This document shows positions 12,853-22,690 of a DNA stretch of 64,000 nucleotides, piece after piece. The stretch lies in the NCBI GenBank assembly GCA_973895155.1, contig OZ316899.1, positions 7,443,241-7,507,240 on the forward strand, in the 5' to 3' direction. The position numbers and the translations under genes are program-made. Positions within the stretch are counted from its first letter, which is position 1. Each line of letters opens with the position of its first letter. Source of the stretch: Marsupella aquatica (Eukaryota > Plantae > Marchantiophyta). The notes under the pieces were generated by a model. That model did no database searches. It saw only the letters and a list, made by a program, of their open reading frames with translations, and was not told where the DNA came from.

Positions 12853-14488
12853 GGTTCAACTTCTCTACACTGAGGACCTTTGATGTCTTCACTCGGGAAT
12901 GCTGGCTATAGTGAGCCTCCCGCCTATAGTTGAGTCTGTCCAACGCTGATATGTGGAATTAACGCCATTTTTCCTGATGTACGTATGGTATTCTATGATG
13001 ACGTATCTGCAGATACGTTGTTCCAAATGCCTAAACTTATGGACGTCGTCCTATACATCGTTCTAATTTACGTCTTTAGGAAATAGTTAAGTTACCTTGT
13101 CGTGGAAGACGTAATGAGAGGTACAACGTATGATACGAGGTAACTTACCGTGTCTTAAAGGACGTAAACTTAACGTCACGACAATCGACGTTATCTGATC
13201 CCGTCAAATCTCCGGACAACATCCAACAACAGTCCGGAGATTAACGACGTATAGACCAACTTTAATGGAAGGAACGTCTTCTTGGGTTAGGTTCAACCTG
13301 GTCCCGAAATGCAAAAATGTAGTTGTGATCCTTCTACCAAGTGACAACTTGTCCTTTTAGAATGTCAATCTGCACCCAAAGCCAAGTAATCTCCACCTCC
13401 TTCCGACTCTGGCTTGTGCGGCTAAGGCCGCCTTGGCTTCAGCCTTAGTGATCTAGGCCAAAGTGGTTGTGAGCTGGGGCCAAAGAAGCTGAAGCTCGGT
13501 CTCTCAATCCGAGGCTTCGTTTAAAAGTTGGGTTGCCTCAACCCAATATTGGTCAATCCTCCTCATGGCTTTGGGTTGTGCTTGTCCTGCCCATACTGCC
13601 GCAACCAGTTCTTGGCTAAAGAAGTACGCCACCTTTCAGGCCATAAACAACCCAACGTCTTGACCAACTTTTGCGGAGAAGTTGTCAAGCAACCCATTCA
13701 TAAATGTACCTAGAGCAAAGTATTTTGGGTTCATTAGGTTGTGGCCGCTGGCTCATGGGCACTACCCTCCTTCTATTTGGGTGGGGGCGGGGGGTGGACA
13801 AATACAGCTTTGGAGTGACAAAGACCGGTGTGGTGGATCCGCAAAGGATGGGGGTTTTGCTGATGCTGCCGTGGGGGATGTAAGGGCTTCCTTGGCAGGG
13901 GCTACCGGCTTGGGATCAGCTTCAATAGGGTCGATCGCAACGGTGGCTCAAGCTTGGTTCTGTGAGTCCAAGGTCGCGATGACTGCTATGTCCGGTATGG
14001 AAGGAGGGGATTTGTTGGTTGGTTGCAGGGTCGAGGTAGGGGCAGAAGTCACGGGTGCTAGGCTTTGGGCCTCAGGTTGGGGCCATCTCTCTTGAGCCGA
14101 AAAGACCCACCTGGCCGGGGTGAGTTTGGGCTCATTGCACCAAGGAAGGGTTTGGCGATCAAAATGGGCGTACCACTCTATGATAATCTCTATGTGGCCT
14201 CCAAGGTATGCCTTTTCCCCAAGGTACAAGGTCTTCCTTTGTTGTTCCATCTCCTCCTGGAACTTCTTGACAAAGAAAGAAGCCCACTTCCTAGGCCGGT
14301 AGTTCTTGACCTGAATAACCTAGGAGACGAATATCTCTCTCCTTATCTCCATCATGTGGAGCGCATACCTTTGGAACTCCAACCGCTCCGCTATCTCTGG
14401 GATGAGGCATGCCGCACAAGGAAGTCGTTCTCCATTGATCAGCCTATTCATTAAAAGTGTATTTTCTTTTGTTCACAAATCAGTCTTG

Positions 14489-14568
14489 AAATGTACACTT
14501 TCATGTCCCCAAATGTACACTTTAAGAAACCCAAATGTACACTTTTTGGTCTCTAAATGTACACTTTA
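14489..14568 (+). repeat. Left subterminal AAATGTACACTTT repeats (4 copies)
   Basis: Read directly; ~21-23-bp spacing. Confidence 0.9.
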
Positions 14569-14842
14569 TAGGTCAAATCATATAAGTATTATATTAATAA
14601 ATAATACATATTATATCATTTATTGATTCACAAAGAATAATAGGATAGAGATCATTATTTATGAATTCACAAAGAATAGTAGGATAGAGATCATACTTAT
14701 AAAAACATTTCAGCACAAATAAACCCTTGAATATGTGTGAACAAAATGACATAACTCCAAATAGATTATAAAATAATATACAATTATCTCCAAATTTACA
14801 ATGTATTTCTTCTATCTAAGGGGCTTAACATGAGTCATATCT

Positions 14843-15976
14843 CTAAACAAAGTGCTCCTTACAATGTGTATTTGAGCACGTGCCCCTATCTCCTTTACTA
14901 TCTACCCTAGTGTCACGGTTGCAAGTCCCTTTATCTTCAGGGAGCTGAAACTTGGTGGTGTTGTTCCTAATGGCTATAATCTCCCGCAAAAAGTGTCGGG
15001 GATTTTCTCTATGCGGACCTGAATAGTCCCTTCCTACAAATGCTTTAGCAAGTGACGTGACAAGTGCATCGTCAAGTTCTGCCTCAGGACGTAAACTACA
15101 TATACGATGCTTCACGTTCCAAGGAATCTCATTGCTATTGAGGTCCAACACACTATGCGTAAACTGTGACTTCCAAATTTTTGTTGCACATCTCTTACTA
15201 AGTTGATCATAAGTAATTTCATTTTTTACCTTGTCTCTCTTTATGTGCAATAGAGACCACAATGGAGAGTTAAGAAGAAGATAACATCTAATGTCACTTG
15301 CATGGGATAGTTTCTCAAGACAAGGCCAAAGAATTGTTAGAAGAAAATTATCTCCACCATTGGCATGCGTGTAGGGCACTGGAAATAGTCCGGTCATGCT
15401 TGGGTTGGCAAATGCCTTAAGGGGGGAGTCATCCACAAGGAGGGTGTTGGTTTCATCATATAGATTTCCAAATCCACTCCATACCACCCAAAAATCCTTC
15501 AGTAGCACATTTGCCTTTCCGTTTGTAATGTCACGCCTTTGAATGCCTGTGTCAAAGGCTTCCACTTGTGTGAATACAAACTTAAGTTTCAACCGCTCCT
15601 CAGCAGTGAACATCATGTTCAGCATTTTCACTGTTCGCTGTACCCCAGCACATGTCCAAATTGCAACGTCAAATCGGTCAAAAACCAACTTTAGAAACTC
15701 ATGGAGCCCTAGCCTTTCTGTGTACATGCGACTAATTCCATTTTTTCTATCCCAATGCACTCCACTTGGGATCACAACATTTCTGGATTTGCCCTTGCTT
15801 TGGAATTCAACTGAATCCCAAAGTATTTTGTTAAGATCCAAAATCAGCAATTTGCGCTTGATGGAACAAGGTCTTGGTTCTGCAAGTGCAACAAATACCA
15901 ATCTTAGAGATAAAACCACATTTGAAGTTTGGATAGAGATCATCTCTGTCAATCCAACACAAGTGGCCAACCACAA
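14843..15976 (-). CDS. FCP1-homology / NIF (HAD-fold) phosphatase-like protein, transposon cargo
   Basis: KLLILDLNKIL, ERLGLHEFLKLVFDRFDVAIWT, LKDFWVVW, NTLLVDDSPLKAFANP. The true start is probably spliced (candidate acceptor ~15880). Confidence 0.85.
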   Translation of the reverse strand: MWLATCVGLTEMISIQTSNVVLSLRLVFVALAEPRPCSIKRKLLILDLNKILWDSVEFQSKGKSRNVVIPSGVHWDRKNGISRMYTERLGLHEFLKLVFDRFDVAIWTCAGVQRTVKMLNMMFTAEERLKLKFVFTQVEAFDTGIQRRDITNGKANVLLKDFWVVWSGFGNLYDETNTLLVDDSPLKAFANPSMTGLFPVPYTHANGGDNFLLTILWPCLEKLSHASDIRCYLLLNSPLWSLLHIKRDKVKNEITYDQLSKRCATKIWKSQFTHSVLDLNSNEIPWNVKHRICSLRPEAELDDALVTSLAKAFVGRDYSGPHRENPRHFLREIIAIRNNTTKFQLPEDKGTCNRDTRVDSKGDRGTCSNTHCKEHFV

Positions 15977-16131
15977 AGAAAATATATCTGCATACTGATC
16001 AGATTCATTGAGAAACCGTAAAGAGGAGATGGATATTGATAATGATGCTCTAATTGTTAAACTTGAAGTATAATTATACAGACTATATTATATCAAATTG
16101 ATAAGGTCACATCGCTCAATCTAGACCTTGG

Positions 16132-19100
16132 CTAACAATGCGATCCATATTCATCAATCAAGATATCATCACAGAGTTCTTGTTGGATCTCATAATTGAC
16201 ATCGGAGGTACTCTCCTCTACCCAATAAGGTGTAGACCAAACCGGAGTTATCAATCCCAATTCTCCACTTCTATAAGTTGGATCTTTCTTGTGCTTTTTG
16301 TACGAGTCATTGTTCAAAATTGATTGAGCAGCATCCAATGCAACTTCAGTTCCTACATCGGGTCCACTTTTCCACACGTAACATCGACAATCATATTCAA
16401 GTGACTTATATCCAGTTGATCCTACTCTCTTCCCTTTCTTTTTTGAGAGTGGAAGGATAACGGGACTTCTTGATTGTGATCGAACAAACACCAATTTGTC
16501 ATCAGAAGCGGAAAAGAGTGTATTGGGACAAATTGAAGCACCTGCCTGGTTGTCAGCAGTCGTGGATGCACTTGCTTCATTCACGGGAATGTCAGCTATT
16601 TGGATGGGTTGTGGTCTCAATCCCAATGTGCCAAGTTCATTGGACTCACCATGCCTCTCCGCACCTTGATTGAGAAGGTTGTTTGAAGAAAGTTTTTCAA
16701 AAGTATCAACTTCCATCTCTTGTCCAGGCACTTGTGGATGGAGACCATCTCTATCCAAGTTATCATCATATTGGCCCTCGTTGGGGCCCATGGGGGCAGC
16801 ATCTGTAATTGGTGAACTGCAAGGTGCAGATCCAACAATCATATCGTCTTCCACAAGGTCAATATTTTCACCCTCGCCAACTCGGTCATCCAAATTTTTC
16901 ACGTATGCCTCTGATGGCCCATCGTCTTTGACTGATTGGTCAGCTTCATCTTCTTGATCACCATCTGATTCATCCTCAATAGCAACAGCGGCAGAAGAGG
17001 GTTCCCAATGTCTAGAACTTCCATCGACATAGCGATCATAACGATCTTTGATGGTGGGAACCTTCTCACAAAGGAACGAAGCGTATGTTTCCACAAAATG
17101 TCTCTCATGTTGAGAGTCACAATAAACAAAACATTCACGTTGAGAAAAAAGGGATGCCTTCATCACTTGACCGCCAGAGAGAAAGTCAAGAATCAAATCC
17201 CCCGGCTCGGACAGTGTTTGGATGATCTTTTGGATCATCCGTGTGGGTTTGGCGTGAGGATTCACCCACCCACCCCGAGCGCCGACAGTCTCAAATTGAG
17301 GTGCCATGTGCAGAAGGATTGCCGCCTCTTCTGGGGTCATCATATTTTTTAGATCTTCATGCAATGACTCCTCGTCCGCGTCCTTGGCCTTTCCCTTTCC
17401 CTTGACCTTCTCAACCACGAAATCAGTATCCTTTTCACCGTACACCCATTTTGGCTTCATTTGGTTGGGCTTGAACACTTCATCCCAGCTGACGTTCTCC
17501 TCGCAAAAAATTCCGGCAAAGATAACTTCTTCTATTCCTCCCTTCCAACATGAGTCCTGAGGGTGAGGTTGATCATCTCGGTAATAACTCCCATACTCAA
17601 TGTGAATACTCAGAGTTTTTGAATGTCCTAATTTACGAAGAGCGCTTAGGACATTCAGTACAAGATAACCCGGATGGACAGTTATCATCACAACAATGGT
17701 AGGATTCCGTGGTAGCTCTACTATATATTGGAAGAGGACCAAAATCTCTACTTCAGTCCACTCCTTTTGCTGAAGTTGGCTGAAATCAACAATTGCAAGA
17801 GGGCATGTTGGAGATTGTTCTTCCAACGACTCCGGATCCACAGTCTTCATTAGGTTGTTACTAAAAAATGAGACCAACGGTTGGGTCCGAGAACTTGTCC
17901 CACCGCCAAACTTTTGACAGTAAATATCATCTAGACGCATCACCAATGTCATTGGCAATATCTCACTCTCCTTTGTATGATTTGACTTCAACAAATTTGT
18001 CAACCATACATCGCCAGTTGCTCTTCGGCACCTGTTCAACTCCGAATCGGGACCCAATAATGGGAGGACTTCAATCACTTTAGCCCAATCAGTATCTGCT
18101 GGGAAGTGTTTTGGATCCTTCTTGAAGTAGTAATCTCCAATAAGAGACTTCAATTTGATCAATATCTTCACCTCCTTTGCAAACTCCTCCATCGCTGGAA
18201 CATCTGACTTATTAGTTGGATCTTTCTTCAAGAAAATCTGACCCGACTTCACCTTGTTCAAAATTCTGGTCAAATCTCTATTTGAGATTTCACCATCAAA
18301 ACAACGAAACATGGCAACGGTTATTGCCTTTTCGGACCTTTTGTTTCCCTGTGTACCAGCCCCATCAGGAAGTTTTCCATCAATCCACATCTGGCACACT
18401 AACCGCCATAACTCGAAAAGATCATTCTCGGCAAAAAGTAACCAGTATACATTTTTCAAGTCTTTTCTCCCCATGGTCATCCTTGCCAATGCCAGATAAT
18501 CCTACAGTCAAAAATTAGGGAGAATGTTGTAAGTTATCTACAATCAATGAGCAACACACAATCGCTTGCTTGGACAGAGACCATCTCCGTCCAAGCCATA
18601 ACCAAAAGTAGAATGAAGTAAAATCTACAGAATGGAAGGTCTCACTCTTGGACAGAGACCATCTCCATCCAAGTCATAACCAAAAACATATTGAACTAAA
18701 ATCAATGTAACGGACGGTCACACTCTTGGACAGAGACCATCTCTGTCCAAACAAGAAAATGTTTCTCACCTGAAATTTTTGACTCTCTTGGGCGTTTGAT
18801 TTGTTGTCCCCGTGCTTTGGCTTTCTTGGTCTTCCAGTTTCAAGGAATTGTTTTCTTGCATGAACAATTGTATCTTTGAAGCACGATTGAAACACCATCG
18901 AAGAATTGATGGCATTTGATCTCATTGAGTGCTCAACTAGTATAGCCGATGGCGTAAGGTCTGACAATAATCTAGCCTTCCTATATTTTAACTTTTTTGC
19001 CAAAACTGTGAGCTTGGCATCAGTTTCGGCCCACTCAAGAACCCATTTGGCCGCCCTAGCAGAATGTTGCCCACTGACGGCAAGGAAAACAATCTCGCCT

Positions 19101-21019
19101 TTCTTCACTCCTGCAAGAAGGTCTTTGCGGTCGTTCTCCGTGTTGTCAAAATGAAGCAGCTTTCTAAGTTTCGGATTGTAAGGAAGAAGGTCCGCAACGT
19201 GAGGTTCATGTCCAAGGTTTTTCACCATGGATTCGGCTATGTGCTTCACATGGGCACTGTTGAGCATCCTGTAACATAACCTTGCCGGAGCTGGATAAAT
19301 TTTCTCCACTGGAATAGAAAATATTTCATTTATCCCAAAAGTATAGTAGTGCTCTATTCTTTGGAGAAAATCATTCCCTTCTAAGACCTTCTTCTCCTCC
19401 GGGGCATCAAGTTTGTCTCCCTCATCCTCTGGGAGCATCTGTACGTCCGTCGGAGTTGACCGCGCAATAGTCTTGTCAATTTTCTGTTTCTTCTTTACTG
19501 GCTTCTTCTCGGGTTCCTTCGGCAGTGTCTCAGTTTTCTTGTGCTCCTTCTTCTCTCTTTGTCTTCGCTTCCCTACCACTTGTTTGGAGGCTGTCCCGGC
19601 CGTTGTTCCTGCAGTCCCGGTTGTTGTCTCCTGAGATATTTTTCTAGGCTTCGGAACTTCTTTGTTAACAACTACTGGAGGCTTGTTCACCACTACTGGT
19701 GCAACATTTGTAGGCTTGTTCACCACTACTGGTGCAACACTTGTAGGCTTGGGTAATGATTCTACCCACTTTTTTGCATTATCCATTGCAAACTCCTCCG
19801 CAAATGCAATTTTCTTGTCAAGGAAAATACTTGATTCCGATGATAGGAATCCTGCCTTGTCAAGCAAATTATTTAAAATCCATGTCACCGGAAATGTATA
19901 ATTCCCTTGGTGTTTATGCATATTAAGCTTCACATATTGAAACCCATACATGATGTCAAGTGGAAGAATCCCCTTCACTCCAGCAGTCACCTTTTGAGTT
20001 GAATACGACTTAGGGAAAAAGCCCATTGCCAACATGCCAAGTTCTCCAACTGCAGACCACTCAACATTGAATTATGAAGAATACGCCTTTGATGGTAGAT
20101 GTAGTTTAACCCATTGTATCCTTTCATGGAGCTCAAGAATGACGGAAACAAACCCTCTTCCTTCAATTCCAATGAAGACTACAGGTCCGAGTACAAGAGT
20201 CTCATGATCTGCAGTTCTGACCTTTATGCACAAAATGGGATCCCGTCTCGTTGACGTGCTAAGGAAATCAAAATCAACTCTGGAGAACTCAAGGCCCCAA
20301 CGAAAATCTTCTCTGCTCTGCTCCAACAAGACTCCCTCGGAGCAATCTGCGTCTGAAATCTGTGGTTTCAATGCATTTAGATAGCTCCCTGCAATAGTCC
20401 CATCCAGGCATATTAGTTTGGAAATCTTACTTTTGTAATTGACAAAAATTGGACAGGGATCATCTCTATCCTCTATTTGGACAGGGATCATCTCTGTCCA
20501 ATTTGTAATAAAGATCATCTCTGTTTGATGAGAGGATACTGACGATCGTTATTACGAATTGGACAGGGATCATCTCTGTCCAATTTGTAATAAAGATCAT
20601 CTCTGTTCGATGAGAGGATACTGACGATTGTTATTATGAATTGGACAGGGATCATCTCTATCCAATTCCTAATAAAGGTCCTCAGCATCGTCTGATAGGA
20701 CATCCTCTGTCGTCAGTTGGAAATAAATGATATCTATGCAATTGGACAGGGATGATCTCCATCCATTTGGATAGAGATCATCTCTGTCCAATTCCTAATA
20801 AAGATGACTATCTTCTATTTGGACTCTACTTGGACAGGGATCATCTTTGTCCACCACACAAATATTCAACTTGTTACTGGGATACTCACTTGGATTGAGC
20901 GATTGAAAGGCTCTAGAATCCTCGAGGGCCGTCTCTACCACGTCCTCAATGGATGGGAGGTCTGTCTCCTCTGTTGGCTCACTGACGAGACACACTGGAA
21001 TAGGTCTGGATGGCTCCAT
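16132..21019 (-). CDS. Predicted 3-exon ~1400-aa protein: ParB/Srx-like domain plus beta-class N6/N4 DNA methyltransferase-like domain (one in-frame TAA at 20072-20074)
   Basis: Exons 21019-20890 (tentative), 20472-18770 and 18501-16132. The phase-0 intron 18769-18502 (CAG|GTGAGA...TGTAG|GAT) joins the 453-aa and 785-aa ORFs in frame. ParB-like: IPVEKI..R.LNSAHVKHIAESM..FLAVSGQHSARAA. MTase-like: HAKPTRMIQKIIQTLSEPGDLILDFLSGG. Confidence 0.75.
18570..18750. repeat. Three 25-bp imperfect palindromes TTGGACAGAGACCATCTCYRTCCAA at 78-bp period, inside an intron
   Basis: Copies start at 18570, 18648 and 18726. Confidence 0.9.
20449..20855. repeat. Cluster of TTGGACAGGGATCATCTCTGTCCAA palindromes, partly in 82-bp tandem units
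   Basis: Copies start at about 20449, 20477, 20559, 20641, 20742, 20767 and 20830. Confidence 0.9.
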
Positions 21020-21914
21020 CGTGTGACACGTGGCCTTATGGACACGTGGAGGATTGTAGAGCGTTAGATCTAGGGCAATTAACGTGGTGGCTATGGGGAT
21101 AAACTTTAGTGTGGAGGCAAAGCGAAGGAGTGCGGAGGCGTCGGAGCGAAGGAGATTGGAAGCAAATGAGGCGGAGGAGCGAGCGAAGGAGCACAAGAGC
21201 AGGAGTGGAGAAGAGGAGTGGACGGAGGAGGGAGGAGAGCGAGCGAGGAGCGAGGAGGGAATGAAGAATGAGGCCCAAGTGGGACATCCTGCCTCCTTTA
21301 CCCCCCCGAGGCGAGGCAAGGCACACTGAACATGTGGGAGGCCGAGGCGAGTGGAAAACCCTAAATGCACGGCTGCCCTAAAGTGCGCCGCCCGACCTAA
21401 TCCACTCGCCGTTGCTTAAGGCTGATCACGCATCGCCTTATCCATAAGGGCGATCTTCAACAATTGGTATAAGATACTTGGGGTTGTCCGGCTGGTCCTC
21501 ATTTGGTATTTTCATTTCTAGATTTTTGTTTTGTTCCTCAACCAGGTCCGTTCATTACGGAGCCCCATTGAGACACTCTTGTTTTCCAGACAAAACATCT
21601 AGTTTTAATTTCTTCCACACCCCTGAAGCATTTAGTTTACCAGGTTACTGATAACTACCCCTTCAACACAGTATTTTAATCCTTGGTTTGACAACATAAA
21701 CTAAATTGAGTTTTGGGTTCAAGAATCATTTCCATTACAGGTAACTTTAAACCTAATTATAGCATTGTAGCATATTCCATTGATATCCGCAAATTTATGA
21801 ATTACTATATCTAAGTTAAGGTTGAAGTGAAAAAATCCCAGCCCAACTCACGATTGGGATAATCTCAATCCAACCGTTCTTTGCTCAAACATTAAATTAG
21901 TGTGTAGAGTCAAT

Positions 21915-22510
21915 TGTCCGTACAGGGGTCATCCCTGTTTGCTATCTGGATAGGGATCATCTCTATCTGTTGTTTGGATAGGGATGATCCCTGTCCACCG
22001 TAGAGTACTATAGAGGACCATATGAACCGGGATATGAACTATAGCACTTTATTGGATCCTCTACAGTTTGGATCCTTTGGTTGGATAATGATCCGTATTC
22101 ACCGTTTGGATGGGGATGATCCCTGTCCGCCATTTGGATAGGGATGATCCTTGTCCACCGTTTGGATAGGGATGGTCCCTGTCCGCCGTTTTGATAGGGA
22201 TGATCCCTGTCTACCCTTTCAATAGGGATCCGTGTCTGCGGTCGTTCTCCGGATGATCCCTGTCCGCCGTTTGAGGTATTTGCTTGATTGGACCCCAATA
22301 TGAAAAGTTTCCTTGAATCATCCCTGTCAGTTGTTTGGACAGGGAATAGACCCGATCCACCATTTGGATAGGGATCAGGCGTGTCCGCCTTTTGGATAGT
22401 GACAGACACTATCCGCCGTTTAGGCAGGGATGATCCTTGTTTGCCGTTTGGACACTAACAGACCCTATCCGTTGTTTGGACAGGGATCATCCCTATCCGA
22501 CGTCTAAATT
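21915..22510. repeat. Array of ~29-30-bp units built on the same palindrome (TTGGATAGGGATGATCCCTGTCCGCCG)
   Basis: Roughly 15 degenerate copies read directly, upstream of the transposase. Confidence 0.88.
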
Positions 22511-22690
22511 GGGATCAGGGATCTTAGGGCTAGATAGGGATTTTTGGGGGACCTATTATTTTGCTTGATGGGGATAATCCCGATATGCGCACTATCCTTG
22601 GAGAGGGTTGACACCTATGTGCTTCCTAGTTGGGACCATTCTTAACTAATACTTTACATTTAAAATTGTGCAGGTGAATACGTTGTAGGA

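Larger units (their letters stand above)
1..13280. mobile_element. Degenerate large CACTA (En/Spm) element region; termini not identified; interrupted by an LTR at 7765-12149
   Basis: Transposase-associated CPCxxC..HL motif, Transposase_21 motifs, PTTA-like ORF, and the same ACGT-rich motif clusters at ~1845-2065, 3460-3645, 6140-6445 and 12960-13280. Confidence 0.6.

Noticed and set aside
1878-13327. CACTACTACATT at 1878 and AATGTAGTTGTG at 13316-13327 as CACTA TIRs
   Set aside because: The flanks (CCT versus ATC) give no 3-bp TSD, the match is imperfect, and 1878 appears to lie inside an intron of the PTTA-like gene.
20449-22510. Palindromic repeat clusters as a CRISPR array
   Set aside because: Intervening sequences are duplicated or only a few bp long rather than unique constant-length spacers; no cas genes; eukaryotic intron-containing context.
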